A DNA stretch of 57,910 nt from Saprolegnia diclina VS20 (GCF_000281045.1 NW_008246162.1:42187-100096), one strand, 5' to 3'. Shown: positions 45,359 through 57,910, counted from the stretch's first letter. Made by a program: numbers and translations. The notes: generated by a model from the sequence alone, not told the origin.

Positions 45359-46158
45359 ATGGTCGGGAACGCGTTCGACGTGCTCATGCAGCGCAAGCCC
45401 GCAGCGACTCGGAAGCGCAAGGCGACATGCAAGGCCGAGCCCAGTGGCGGAACACCGAAGAAAGCCAAGGCGCAGCAGCGGTTTCTTGATCTCGGTCAGG
45501 CCGATCTTGGACAGCGAACGTGTCCGGCGTGTGGCTTTCTGTACATGACCGGTGTCGACGCCGACGAGAAGGCCCACGCCCGCTTCTGCAAAAAAATTGC
45601 CGCAGGCGTCACCATCAGCGGCTGGAAGAACGAGCGCCTCCATCTCACGCAAGGCCAAAACCGAATTCTCGAGCTACGTGGGGACGACCCTGCGGCGCAA
45701 ATCAAGAAACTTCGCCAGGTAATGCGAACCCTACGGATCGTCATGGACTGAATGCACCGTAGATCAAAGCCGTCTTGGATGATACACTGGGCATCATTGA
45801 TGAGACTGAGTTTTTTGCCCGGCGCCACTTTATCTATGTGGCCAAAGACAACGTTGTCGGGTGCGTCTGTGCCGAGGCTGTCACCACTGCATTCCCGTAT
45901 GCGACGACGTCCGGCGTCATCACCATCGACACCAAGCAGCCGCGCGACGTGCTCGTAGGCGTTAGCCACATGTGGGTGCACCCGCGCCACCGACGCGAAG
46001 GCATCGCGAAGGCGCTTTTGGATGTCGTCCGGCAAAAGTTTACGTACGGCATGACCATCCCGACAGCGCAAGTCGCTTTTTCGCAGCCGACGGCCGATGG
46101 GATGGCCTTTGGCGCGCGCTACGTTGCGCCAGCGCCGATGTTGCTGTATGAAATCTAA
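45359..46158 (+). CDS. ECO1: Cohesin acetyltransferase Eco1/ESCO; one intron
   Basis: PIP-like QRFLDLGQ, zinc finger CPACGFLY...DEKAHARFC, and GNAT motifs GVSHMWVHPRHRREGIA and VAFSQPTADG. Confidence 0.92.
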
Positions 46159-46211
46159 TCGAACGCAACACGTGGACGAAGAACGAGAGGTCGTGTCTAT
46201 ATGCATGGCAA

Positions 46212-46866
46212 TTACGCCTTCGTCTTCTTGTGCAGCGCCTTGCACTCGGCAAGGTACGCATCAAAGTTGAACTCTTGCGGCCGCTTGTTGAACGCGTGGA
46301 CCATGTCAAAGTGGGCATCGTCGATGTAGCGCTTTGTGAGAGCTTCAAAGAGCGTCGTAGCTTCCTACCACGAGCGTATGAGTCATTGAGAAAGAGACGG
46401 GAGAACATCGCACGGGCTTGTCCAGGACGTTGGCAACATCGCCACGCAGGAGCGCAAGTTCCTTTGTCGTGAGGAGATCGTCGAAGAGCGAGATCGTAAG
46501 GCACGGCGGCGCCTGCGACGGGTTCTCGCGGTAGGCGTCGAGCGTTGTGATGAGAAAGCACTTGTCTTGAAACTGCGAAAGCATCGTGAAGTAGCCCTCT
46601 TCGTTCGTCTCAGAGTTCACGCGGTACACAGGCAGCACGAAGAAAGGACAGTCCTTCGCACGGCCCGTGAGGAGCTCAAAGTCCGTCTTGGAGAGCGCCG
46701 ATGCGACGCTGTCGGACTTGTCGGCGTGGAACTCGGTCCAGATGCGGCGAATGGCGTCCGGCGCCTCCTGCGACAGAGTTTCGAGCTTCACGATCGACTG
46801 CAGCGAGCGCGGCGACGGGAACGAGAAGCCGCCGCCCTTGGACGTCGAGAACGCGCGACGCAGCAT
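46212..46866 (-). CDS. ATP11: ATP synthase F1 assembly factor ATP11/ATPAF1; one intron
   Basis: Mitochondrial presequence MLRRAFSTS, SLQSIVKLE..IRRIWTEFH, CPFFVLPV, ITTLDAYR, LLRGDV, VHAFNKRPQEFNF. Confidence 0.88.
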
Positions 46867-47604
46867 AAAGACCATGACGATGACTATGGAACACCACACT
46901 TTTGCCGTGCCACCAATAAAAAGGCCATGTCAATCAGCTGGACAAAGTGCGCTTTATGCTCCGATAAATACGACTTTCAGAAAATCTTCATATGATGTAG
47001 TATATTAAAAGAAAAAGGCTCTACAGGTCAGCGTAGTATTGGTGCGGCAGGTTTGAAATATGTTTACATGCAGAATATAGGTTATCAAGGGTAGTACATC
47101 TGTTGGCTCCACGACCCAGATCGCTGCTTCGGTCCGAGGATCAGGAATTCCAGCAAACACGTCTGCTGCCGCGAGTTCAAATGGCAACCGAGTCCAATGG
47201 TAGGCTCGAGTCCGATCCTCTCTCGTCACGCGTGATGAGCAAACACCCAACGACCGAGTCTTGGGTACCTCCATGACACTTGCGTGCTTTTAACACGGAT
47301 CGAAGCGATTGATGCGAAGAGATGCGCTGAGAAGATGTGAGGCGGAGCAATTGCTTGAGATCGTACTGTCCAGCGGAAGCTCTAGTCGACGCTGCTGCCC
47401 TGAGAGTTTAAAGAGCTCTCCGGGCTTGGGCTGCTACCACGAAGAGCGCATCGATCGGGTTAAAAACATCTTATGAGCAATCGCGGCAACTTCAAGCAAG
47501 GGGGTCCCCGCAAGTGCGCTTCAGCGAATAGGTGTGATTTGCCATCAATTTATTTTCATTTCCGCGGACATCCATTTTCAATTGCATTCTCAAAGCAGAT
47601 CACC

Positions 47605-50031
47605 ATGAGCCAGACCTTGGAGAAGCTGCGTCGCGCCTTCACGGGCCTCGTGCCCCGCGTTCTCGACGCCGAGCTGCAGGTGCAGGCCGCGTCGTCGCAC
47701 CACGTGAAGGCGCTCCTCGTCGAGTCCGAAGACGCCCATGGCAGCGAGTACGTGAGCGACCGCAACAAGCGGCGGGCGTTCGTCTCGGGCTTTACGGGCT
47801 CGGCGGGCACGGCGCTGTTGACGACGGACAAGGCGCTGCTTTGGACCGACGGCCGGTACTTTCTTCAGGCCGAGCAAGAGCTCAGCGACGAGTGGACGCT
47901 CATGCGCCAAGCGCAGAAGGATGTGCCAACGGTCGAGGAGTGGCTCGAAGCCAACTTGACGGCCGGCGACGCGCTTGCGATCGACCCGCTCTTGACGTCC
48001 GTGGCCACGGCACGTAAGCTCGTGAAGGCTCTTGGCGCGGTCAAGGCGGCCGTCGTCGTCTGCGAATGGCAGAAGAACCTCGTGGACCAGGTCTGGGACG
48101 ACCAGCCACCGCAGCTCCCGTCGGACGTCTACGCGCTCAGCCTCGAGTACGCCGGCGCGTCGATTGCCGAGAAGCTGGCGTCGGTACGCTTTTTTCCTGC
48201 ATCTTCCGTCATATAGACTCACTTTGCCAACGCAGCTGCGTGCCGAAATCACCAAGAAGGGCGGTCGCGCGATCGTGCTCACGGCCCTCGACGATATTGC
48301 GTGGCTCTTCAACATTCGTGGCGCCGACGTCGAGTGCAACCCCGTCGTGTACGCCCCATGTGCTATGGGTGTAGATGCGCTCATGCGGTCGTAGTACGTC
48401 GTATGCGCTTGTGACGCTCGACTCGGCGACGCTCTTTATGGACGCCAAGGAAGTGAGCGAAGAGTTGCTCGCTCACTTTGGCTCGGACGTACGTGCGCCC
48501 GTTCAGCGACTTGATTTAACGAGCAGCGTAGGTCCAAGTCCAGGGCTACGGCGACATTGTCTCGGCGGTATGACAAACGAATCCCTACCTCTGACATGGA
48601 CGGTTGGTGTTAGATTGAGACGTACGCCGCTTCGTGCGCGCCGGACGCGGGCCAAGTGATCCTCGTCGACCCTGCCCAGTGCAACGTGGCGGTCTTTAGC
48701 GCGATTCCGTTCGCGCTTCGCAAGGAGCTCCCCTCGATCGTCATGAAGCAAAAGGTACTCAGATGCACCTGCTCACACATACCGGACCCTTTGTGTAGGC
48801 CATCAAGAATGAAGTTGAAATCGAAGGCATGCGTCAGGTAGCCCCCCTTTCCCGAAGCAGCACACATGGACGAACGCAACTACATGCAGGCACACATTCG
48901 CGATGGCGCGGCGCTCGTCAAGTTTTTCTCGTGGCTCGAGGAGCAGCTGGAGGCAGGAAACGAGTCGCTCACCGAAGTCAGCGTTGCCAACGCTCAGCAA
49001 GCCTTCCGCCAAGAAATGGTGTGTGACTCACAGCTCTCGCTATACTCCCACTCACATTTTATAGGACAAGTACGTGTCGCTCAGCTTTGAGACCATCTCG
49101 GGCTCGGGCCCGAATGGCGCCATCATCCATTACGATGTACGTCCACTGAAGTATGCGATTCGATACGTATATCCGCGCTGCATAGCCCAAGGAAGAGACG
49201 TGCGGCAGCGTGACGACGGACAAGATGTACCTCAACGACTCGGGCGCGCAGTACCTTGACGGCACGACGGACGTGACGCGCACGTCGCACTTTGGCACGC
49301 CGACGGCCCATGAAATCTACTGCTTTACGCATGTTCTCAAGGCGCACATTGCGCTCGCGACGGTACGTGTTCTTATTGTGCCTAGCGTCAAGCGCACTGC
49401 GTGTCCAGGCCGTCTTCCCCAACGACTGCGACGGCGTCAAGCTCGATGCGCTCACCCGCGCGCCGTTGTGGCGGTACGCACAAATGTGTATGTCGCGATT
49501 GCTAACTGGCCCCACAGTGCTGGGATGGACTACCGCCACGGCACGGGCCACGGCGTCGGTGCGTTCTTGAATGTCCACGAAAAGGGCGTGGTACGTCCTA
49601 CACATGTTGCCTTTGTCTAAGACATGACCCTTCTGCGTAGCTCATGTCGTTCAAGCTTAACCCCACGGGCCTTTTGATTGGCGAAAACATGATTGTGAGC
49701 AACGAGGTACGCTTTGCTGATTGAGGGATGGAATCTCATGCGTGTGTAGCCCGGGTACTATGAAGACGGCAACTTTGGCATTCGTATCGAAAGCTTGATG
49801 GTCGCCAAGAAGGCCGAAGGTCTGCCGACGACGTACGGCCAGTTCTGCGTCTTTGAGACGATCACCATGTGCCCGATCCAGCGCCGCCTCATCGACACGG
49901 CGCTTCTCACGTCGGACGAGCTCATGTGGCTCAACGCGTACCACGCGACCGTGCGCACAAAGCTTGCGCCGTTGCTCGTCGGCGCGCCGCTTTCGTACCT
50001 CCTCAAGGAGACGGAGCCGCTCGTCGCTTGA
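47605..50031 (+). CDS. XPNPEP1: Xaa-Pro aminopeptidase (aminopeptidase P, M24B); many introns
   Basis: DAHGSEY, SGFTGSAG, LWTDGRYFLQA, AWLFNIRG, SFETISGSGPNGAIIHY, DSGAQYLDGTTDVTRT, HGTGHGVGAFLNVHE, E|PGYYEDGNFGIRIE. Confidence 0.96.
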
Positions 50032-50405
50032 GTCCTACTAGTGCTACAATAGCTCAACGTTATGACCGCAAGCTCAAAAAAACCTTTGCAGTGTTGAATC
50101 GTCTTCACATTAAGTGCCAAGCAGACTCTTCAGCAAGTCAAGTCGTCGGAGGGAATGAAGACGCATCGAACTGGCAAAATGTCATTCTGCACACTCGACT
50201 GCGCGGCTACAGCCAGGGTGTGATCCGCAGGAGCCCGTGCATATTGGTGGAACATTTCTCGTGGGTCTCCACCGCGACGAACAACTTTTTCAGGACGCGC
50301 CAACTAACCTTCGATGTTCAAGGTTGTGCAAATGGTATTCTATTCTTCGGATACGCCGAGCCGGAACAATGCGCGATCGAATTGGAAGAAGACTCGCAAG
50401 TTGCG

Positions 50406-50964
50406 ATGGCCTCCCAGGCGCTACAGGAGCCGCTGCTGCCCAAGGACGTCGCGCCCGTCGCGTCCACGGGCGCGCCGGACGCCAAGATCAAACACCGCCG
50501 TGTGATTCTCGCCAAGCTTCGGCCGACTGGCCGCGTCGCCGTCGACGGCTTAGCGTCCGAGTATGCGGATGCCTTCACACCACCGCTGCAGAAGCTCATG
50601 CCCGAAGCCGACTTCCGTGCTGCGATTGCCGCCATCAACCAGACGTGCTACGACTATTTCCCTTGCACGACGTGCGTCGTGTACGCTTACTTTGGCGTCG
50701 CCTTGTCCTGCGGTCTCCTCTTTTGCTGCATCCGGCCGTGCACGGGCGAGGTTCCAGATGCTTGATCGAGACACGAATCTCATCCGCGCTGTGTAGGTCG
50801 AAGAGAACCTCGAGATCGTCATCGACCGCATCAACGCCAAAGAGGTGTTTCGGGACCAAGGCGTAGCGTGGAGCCTCGAGCGCACGCACTGCCACTCGTG
50901 GATCGAGATCACGCAGTGCCCCGAGGCCCGGCGCCAGTCGGCGTCGCACCGCCACTCGATCTGA
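50406..50964 (+). CDS. Erf4/GOLGA7-like palmitoyltransferase accessory protein; one intron
   Basis: FTPPLQKLMPEADFRAAIAAINQ, Cys-rich hydrophobic segment, IDRINAKEVFRDQGV, WIEI. Confidence 0.65.
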
Positions 50965-51231
50965 GTTTTCGTGGCCAATTTTGAGTCCTGCTACTGGAAT
51001 GCATGTCGTATGAACTGCATTGTGTTGCGTTCTGGCCTTCCTCAAGAGCTACGCACGGGAGCTGTTGCCAGCGAGAGAAAGGCACGCTACTAGCCCGCGT
51101 CGTCATCATCTCGACACGAGAACTATGCCACTGACGCAAGGCAGACGGGTGGCTCGGTACAGCTTGCATAGTACTGCTGCTGGCGCTTAGCCGCATCCAT
51201 CAGGACAGGAAACACCATCGAATCGAGGCTC

Positions 51232-52033
51232 TTATTTCGAGAATTCGCTCTTGGAGACGACGACGTTGTCGCCCTTGAGCTCGTAGACGTACGCCACTAC
51301 CTTGTTGCCTTGAATGGCCATGAGGATAAAGCTGGGCACGACATCGCTACCGCCGTATATCCATGAGATGAAAGGCCATGTACCATTCACACGTACGGGG
51401 TAAAGTTGCCGTACGCACCCGTGATCGAGCCAGGGTTCACAAACCACTTGCCGTTCTGCGCGTGGAGCTTGTACTGGTGCGTATGACCCGTCACGAGGAT
51501 ATCGACGTTCATCTGCCACGCTCGATGGAATCGACGACACCAAAAGAGATGGAATTCGCACCTTGCGCTGAAGCGCGGCGAGGCTGTCGACATCGCCCCA
51601 CGGAACGATCTGCACCGCTGTCATGAAGATGCTGCGTTGGCACTCGGGCTCGTACCTGGTGGCCATGGCACAATCCAATGCGGTACTGTCCGATCGTGAT
51701 GACTTTCTTGTCCGGAAACGTCGTGTTCTACGCGATGCGATGAGCACCCGCGGCAGTGAATGGCGCGCACCTCGTCAAAGTCGCCGCGGACGACGTGGAC
51801 GTTGGGCGCGAGCTCGCGCAGCTCGTCAAAGGTCTCCTTGGTCACGAGGTTGCCCGTGCAGAGCACGTGCTGCATCTTGTTGGGCACGAGCATCTTCTTG
51901 AACTTCTCGGGAATGTCCATGGCGCGGTGGGGAATGTGGTAGTCGCCCACGATCAGCACGAGCTACACACTCGGTCCTTGAGCCCGAGTAGTCCGCGCCG
52001 GCGACGGCGTACCTCGCCAAAGTCTGCTGCCAT
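51232..52033 (-). CDS. VPS29: Retromer subunit VPS29; multi-exon
   Basis: [78 protein letters not shown]. Confidence 0.96.
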
Positions 52034-52236
52034 CCTTGCTCCAAGATCTGTCGTTTGCGGCTTTGGGTTTTGACCAATCAATGACCTCATTTATACAATG
52101 GCCCCTGCGATTGGTTGAAAAAGAAACAGTGGGACCAAACGTTCAAACACTGTCTGACACAGGATCGACAACAAAGCAAGATGTCGATGGGAGATAGGAC
52201 GATACTGTAGTTGTAGTTGGGCTCTAGGTCTTTTTT

Positions 52237-52983
52237 CTATGTGGTTTGTATGGGCCAGACAGCGGCCATGGTCGAAGCATTACACGGGTTGGGCAGAAGC
52301 TCGGGTCGGTGGCCACGCAGTGCGGCTTTGCGGAGCACACGTGGGGTGCAGTGGTAGGTGGGTTTGTGCTGCTGGAGGACCATCGAGGCGTGGACTCGGT
52401 TGAGCATAAGTGCTGCGTCAATGATCTCCTTGAAGCGGATATCGTCTTGGGCGTATGTGGGGAAGCACCGGAAAAAATCCTTGATAAGATCAACCCGGTC
52501 CGAGACGATGCACTGGAGGAGCGCTTCCCGCTTGCGACCAAATGGGCCCATGTGCATGGGAATGAAGTCTCGCGGCGAGAACGTACTGAACCAAACGCCC
52601 TTTGCACAGTAGACTCCCCGGAGCGTCTCGACGATTCCGTCCTGGTACGTGAAGATGCATCGGAGTAGGTCACGCGACGCCATGACGCGCTCGGTGGCTT
52701 GCACCGGCGAGATCGCTTCTCTTGTCGCAGACGAGGTGGTGCCGGCCATGAGTAGCGGCCTTGTGGGTGCTGGGGGTCGTTGAATCGCGCAGGAGGTGGG
52801 GTATCCCCGACGCAGTCGCTCCGGGGTGCGTAGTTCAACGCGGAAGAGGCGCGTGCTGGGACGGTTGGGCTGCGCTCCGTTGCCGTGGATGCTTCCGTCC
52901 TCCATGAGCGCCTGCTTCCCTGCACAGCGGTGCTTCTTCCGGTGGTGGGTCCCGTCCCGACGGCCCGGCATCGTCGTCGTCAT
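52237..52983 (-). CDS. Hypothetical protein, possibly a truncated or degenerate ankyrin-family member
   Basis: RVMASRDLLRCIFTYQDG resembles the leader of expanded Saprolegniales ankyrin proteins (from recollection). CTPRVLRKAALRGH is ankyrin-like, but no full repeat array is present. Confidence 0.4.
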   Translation of the reverse strand: MTTTMPGRRDGTHHRKKHRCAGKQALMEDGSIHGNGAQPNRPSTRLFRVELRTPERLRRGYPTSCAIQRPPAPTRPLLMAGTTSSATREAISPVQATERVMASRDLLRCIFTYQDGIVETLRGVYCAKGVWFSTFSPRDFIPMHMGPFGRKREALLQCIVSDRVDLIKDFFRCFPTYAQDDIRFKEIIDAALMLNRVHASMVLQQHKPTYHCTPRVLRKAALRGHRPELLPNPCNASTMAAVWPIQTT

Positions 52984-53805
52984 CGGCTTCTTCTCGGGAC
53001 CCGGGTGGAAAATCAAAAGTGGTCAAATCCAGCCGGTTCGGCACACCTGATTGGCTCGTTTTGGACGCACATGATTGAGCTCGGGCTCGGTCGTCGACCA
53101 AAGTGTCAAGATACTCTGGGTAAATGCGATGGAGCAGGAGACGCGACATGCACTGCAGTGGCGCCCTGTTCTGTGCATGGCTACCGCCATGCTACCGCCT
53201 TCGATGGGACAAAATCAGGATTGTATCAATAGGGTACGTAGCTTGGACATCCACGTAATGGCCGCTCTGGATCGTTGCTTCGAGTGGACGATGCGATGCT
53301 CAACGATGGATACGCTGTTACGCAGTAGCCTCTTTTCAATGTTCACGCGGTATAATGTTCTGTCTCGGCGCTTCTTCTTCAGCGCGATCAAACACACAAC
53401 TGGACAAACCTTGACACAGAAAAGAGTGGGCCACATGATGTGCACTCGTCTGAGCAGCAACAACCTCGAAGGCGAGTAAACAAGTCAGCAATGGAAACCA
53501 CACTGCATCACAAGCTCTGTGAAGGAAGAGGTCGGTCATCTGACACTCGACAACTAGAAAATGCGGTGGCCAAACTGTGGCGACCTTAACGCGATTGGAT
53601 TGGATAAAATGGACGAGCCTGGCCAATCAGAAGCCATACGAGCGATCTTTCATCGCGCCACGACGTCGTCATCCATCTTTATCGTGGCGGGTGACGACTC
53701 GTGATGGTGACATGACGAGAGGCGAGAGACTAATGGGTGGTGGAGCGAGCGAGCAATCTACTCAGTAAAGAACCTTCGCCGCACCGATGCGCGTTTGTGC
53801 TGCCA

Positions 53806-53867
53806 CATCACAAATGATAATATCATTTGTGATGGGACATTTCGAAGATATTATCTTCGAAATGTCC
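53806..53867. repeat. Two abutting perfect palindromes with the same GATA-N-TATC core
   Basis: catcacaaatgata-a-tatcatttgtgatg (53806-53834) is immediately followed by ggacatttcgaagata-t-tatcttcgaaatgtcc (53835-53867). Confidence 0.95.
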
Positions 53868-54574
53868 GACCTCAAGCCACCGACAAGCACCAAAACATCC
53901 ATGTCTCGTGCTCTACACGTCTCTTTGTAGGCCTAAAGGAAGGCTAGGCTCGCCCCTTCTTCGCCTCAACACTGCTGTAAAGTAGCAATAGTTCAGTGGT
54001 AATAGGTACTCGTCGAGCAGGGCGGCTCGTCCAGTTGAAACCAGTGTACCTTTCACCAGATTCGGACAATCGTGGAATCCGCAGAGTGGCACTATGTCAT
54101 AGCAGCACTTACACCACAATCTTGTTTATCCAAGTTCGTTGGACCTTAAAATCGAGGTATGCGCACATAAAGGTGACCCGTACCAGTGCCACCTCATACC
54201 GTGACTTCATACAAGTGCTAGGATTGCTTTCGGACGCGAATGACGTCCATGATCTGATGCTAGAGTAGCTACTCGAGGGCACTACTCGCTAAGGTTGATC
54301 TGTGAGGAGTACATGATGTAGTTCAGCTTGCGTCGAGACTCGTCGGCCACCGATGAATCCCAGCCATTTCATGAGTACCAGCAACGCTAGCCATTATTCC
54401 CGTCGCACGATCAATGCAACAGCGTTTTACCATTGGCTTGCAGGGTTATTGTTCGGGAATGCGCGGATTGGTTGGACGCTTCTGCCAATCCAGATCCACG
54501 GATCGCGATCTTTCTGCGAAACGGTGTCTTCCATGGATGGTGAGCAGATAGCATTTTCATTCCTCGAGACCGCT

Positions 54575-56409
54575 ATGTTCCTGAGCAACAACGAAGAAGT
54601 GGATTTGCTGGACCGACTCCGCAAGAAGGACCGCGAGAAGCTCCGCGAGAAGCAGAAGGGTCAAATGCCGGTCATGGACCTCGCGACGCTTACGCAGATC
54701 TGCGTCGACAACGACGGCTACGAGACACCCGAGCTCAACGACAACCTGTACGTGCTGGCTTTGGTTGCATTGCGTATACGACTTTGCCGTTTGCTAGATT
54801 TGCGCATTTCAAAGGCTTCCAAAAGATCGAGGGTCTCGAGCCGTTCTACAACCTCAAGGCGCTTTGGCTCGAGTCCAACAACCTTCGCAAGATTGAAAAC
54901 CTCGACATGCTCCAACAGCTTCGGTGCCTCTACCTCAACAAAAACTTGCTCGAGAAGGTCGAAAACTTACAGGTAGCCAGAAGATCGAACGTGCAAGAAA
55001 ACCACCCGAAAGCGTAGTGCCTCCGCAACCTCGCCACGCTAGACCTGAGTGAAAACAGCATCTACACGATCGCGGGTCTCGAATGCCTCGACCAGCTCAC
55101 GTCGCTGAATCTCGCCAAGAATCGACTGGAGCATGTGACGGACATTGCTGCCTTGACGCAGACGCCGTCGATTACCAACTTGGATCTGAGCCACAACCAG
55201 CTATTAGATCCCGGCATTTTGTCAGTGTTCGAGTCCATGATCCACCTTCGCGCGCTGCGCCTCACTGGTACGCCCGTCTACTTCGTAGCAAGTGAAACCC
55301 AACAATGGTTGCTGCGTAGGCAACGAGGCCGTCTCCAAGACCAAGTATTTTCGAAAGACGTACATCACGTCGCTGCCGCAGCTGGGATACCTCGACCGTC
55401 CGATTTTTGACCTGGAGCGCGCGGCTGCGGTTGCTTGGAAAGCGGGCGGCGCGGAGGCCGAGGCGCAAGCACGCGCCGCGTTCGTTCAAAACGAGGTAAA
55501 CGCCGCGGGATGTCAAGGTCTCACATGTGGCGTAGCACGATGAGCGCCGCCGCACGCTGCAAGAATTTCGCGACTGGCAAGCCGAGATTCGAGCCAAAAA
55601 ACAAGCCGAGCTTCAGCAACGTCAAGCTGTCGGTGACATACCTCCTATCCAATCCCACGGGGCCGTCCCTCCATATGACAGCAAAATGCAAGCCCAAGCC
55701 CGTCAAGATGCGCTGGACGAGAGGATGAACATCCAAGGCGATGGGATCAAGGAGATAGGATCAGCGTTCTGGGCGACGGAGGCCCAACGCAATATCGAGG
55801 CGCCTCTGTCTCCCGAGGAAGCCGTCGAGACCGCGCAAGGATCAGGTGCTGTCGACCAGGAAAAGCCCGAGACGGAAGAAACAGTGCAACAAAAGGCACA
55901 GGAAGTGCCGGAGGTGAAAGCGCTTGTCAAACAGCTAGCCACGACCAGCGTGGACGAGCATCACTCAGCCGAAATGGAAACCCTCTCGTCGGCCATCGAC
56001 CCCGTGTATTCGAACTCCCAAGAAGTTGCTGTGCTGCCGCCACCAGCACCCGTGCTCCGTGCGCAGAAGGACTCTGTACCTGCCTACGCACCGCTGATGG
56101 CTGACTCACAAGTCGTAACGACGTCCATCCCCGCAACCGACGCCCGTCCTGGGCCAGTGGAGCGAGAAACGTGGGAGTCGTTGCAGCAAAAGGCCAAGGT
56201 TGCTCCCTACTTACACAAGCCACCCGTGCTGCCGTCGTGCCACGAGGTATGACGCGTTTCCCAGTCGGCGGTAAACTCATCTGCCCTTCGCGTAGCTCTC
56301 AAGCGACGACGACGACGAAGACTCGAGCGTCCGCCCCAAGACACGGTCCGAACTGCTTCAAGGTCTGCGTGCGCGCCGCCCGTTTACAAATTTGAGCCAA
56401 TTGGACTAA
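54575..56409 (+). CDS. DNAAF1: Dynein axonemal assembly factor 1 (LRRC50/ODA7); multi-exon
   Basis: ICVDNDGYETPELNDNLY|AHFKGFQKIEGLEPFYNLKALWLESN, LRCLYL, LDLSHN, YFRKTYITSLPQLGYLDRPIFDLERAAAVAWKAGG. Confidence 0.9.
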
Positions 56410-56759
56410 TGACTCAGGGTACATGAACGCTTCGACAACTTTTAAAACGAAAAACACTCACGATTCTAGCCACCTAGCCACCTAGAAAGAGTACGTAAAC
56501 GCAATTGAGTTTGTGTACTCTTGCGCCTAGTCACCGGCAGAAGGACAACGCCACTCCGTAGTGGTATCGCTGTTGGTCTGTTCTCGATGGAGAACGATTC
56601 TTCTCAGCCGTCATGCAGCATCGAGAAGTGCTCTTGCCACAACCGAGTCTCTTGGTGCATTCAATTTTCTTTGGCAAGTCCCGGCGACCGTAGATCAGTT
56701 CAAGTATATCGTACTAGTATAGCCAAAGGGATATGGGTTAAAATTTAGAGCGAAGCAAG

Positions 56760-57566
56760 CTAGAGCTGGTCCACGACGGCGTAACCAGCCGTCTTGTTGC
56801 GGCGAACGTAAGCGTAAACGACGAAAACGACGACCGACATGACGACTGCACTCCACACGTAGACCATATCGTCGCGGAAGACATGCGTGAGACCGAGGAT
56901 GGTCGATGCAATACCGCTGGCATACGTGAGCTTCCCGACGAACCCATGCCACTCGAAGATCGTGCGGCCTTGGAACTGGAGAAACTTGAGCTTGCGGCGC
57001 CCGACTTCCATCTGCAGCAGCATGAGCGCGACCGTGATGAAGCCCATCCAGCCGTGCTTGTTGTGCGGGAAGAGCCGCTTGCCCGCCATGCCGCGGCTGA
57101 TCAAGATGCCCGCGAGGCCCAGAAGCGTCGTCGCAAGCACGGCGTAGTGCATGAACTTGTGGATGTTGCGCTGAATCCGCTTGTTTGGCGACCGCGCGTT
57201 GAGCCCGTCGAACGGCCGGTACACGAGCATCGCCTCGGACGAAAACGCGACCCAGCCCAGCGTCATCATGAGGATGTGCACAAAGAGCAAGTTGACGCCC
57301 GTCTTGATCATGACGGCAACGCAGATGGCCAGCGCAGCCACGAGGCAGTACCATGTCACGGGCGCTATGTTGTCGCGGAGCTCGCTCCAGACAACGGACG
57401 GCGACCGCGCATAAGAGTGGGCCGCCGGCGGACCATGCTCGTCGTCGTCGTCGTCGCCGGCAACGCTGCTCAGAACAGTACTGCGGTCATACGCGTCCGA
57501 CTCGTCGGCTTCCGAAGGCTTCCGTGCGGGCAGTTGGCCGCGCGACGTCGGAAGCTCCACGTCCAT
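56760..57566 (-). CDS. Cytochrome b561 family transmembrane oxidoreductase
   Basis: Four heme-ligand His on TM helices: HILMMTLG..SEA, IHKFMH, KHGWMG and WHGFVG. Confidence 0.9.
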   Translation of the reverse strand: MDVELPTSRGQLPARKPSEADESDAYDRSTVLSSVAGDDDDDEHGPPAAHSYARSPSVVWSELRDNIAPVTWYCLVAALAICVAVMIKTGVNLLFVHILMMTLGWVAFSSEAMLVYRPFDGLNARSPNKRIQRNIHKFMHYAVLATTLLGLAGILISRGMAGKRLFPHNKHGWMGFITVALMLLQMEVGRRKLKFLQFQGRTIFEWHGFVGKLTYASGIASTILGLTHVFRDDMVYVWSAVVMSVVVFVVYAYVRRNKTAGYAVVDQL

Positions 57567-57910
57567 CTTAGGCTGCGTGGAAAAGCGCAAATGCAGATAG
57601 AAAAGACGGATACGGGCAAGGTACCCGGTTTGCCGGATAAACGCTGCCAGCCGTTGCACAAAAGTGCCACCCAAAATAGTGTTAATGCTGACTTTATGTG
57701 TGTTTGCTGTAACTTTCCGACCGCAGGCGTGGGGCTCGCGACGACCGATACTTGAAGTCTTGCTATATTACAACTCTGGCTGTGCACCCTACACACAGTA
57801 CTGTGCACTCCGTGATGAGATAGAAAAACCAGTTACATGTAATAGTGTAAGTCCACGGAAATGATAGTGTTATTGCATTTTGCGCGGGACTGCGACAATC
57901 GAATCTTGGC

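Noticed and set aside
49869..50765. 298-aa ORF bridging aminopeptidase P and the Erf4-like gene
   Set aside because: The upstream part is an alternative frame plus intergenic sequence; the coding-like part begins at ATG 50406.
56883..57755. 290-aa plus-strand ORF
   Set aside because: Antisense shadow of cytochrome b561.

Overview
Gene-dense eukaryotic DNA, most likely from a Saprolegniales oomycete (Saprolegnia-like). This is inferred from the GC-rich exons, very short (about 40-55 nt) spliceosomal introns, a CBM1 protein, flagellar assembly genes and oomycete-type INR/CCAAT promoter motifs. There are about 30 protein-coding genes, and the ORF track fragments most of them because of introns. 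Housekeeping genes: LAMTOR4, LAMTOR3, mL41, GBP, ATG4, DNAAF11/LRRC6, a TALE homeobox, DUF4419, EXS, F-box/LRR, VPS9, acylamino-acid-releasing enzyme, Tim23, centrin-3, RPS17, an OB-fold protein, RINGv, Eco1, ATP11, aminopeptidase P, Erf4/GOLGA7, VPS29, DNAAF1 and cytochrome b561. The stand-out is a four-gene tandem cluster at 1465-7367 that shuffles the same modules: TIR-TM (no ectodomain), TIR-TM-mucin stalk-NHL propeller, secreted NHL propeller, and TM-stalk-NHL with no TIR. It reads as a type II ('inverted Toll-like') receptor kit whose TIR domains keep the NADase catalytic Glu. Also present: a MITE-like element beside an assembly gap, several palindromes/foldbacks, a structured RPS17 intron, a GC-AG intron and an 8-nt microexon. 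All family calls are by-eye motif recognition; no database search was run.
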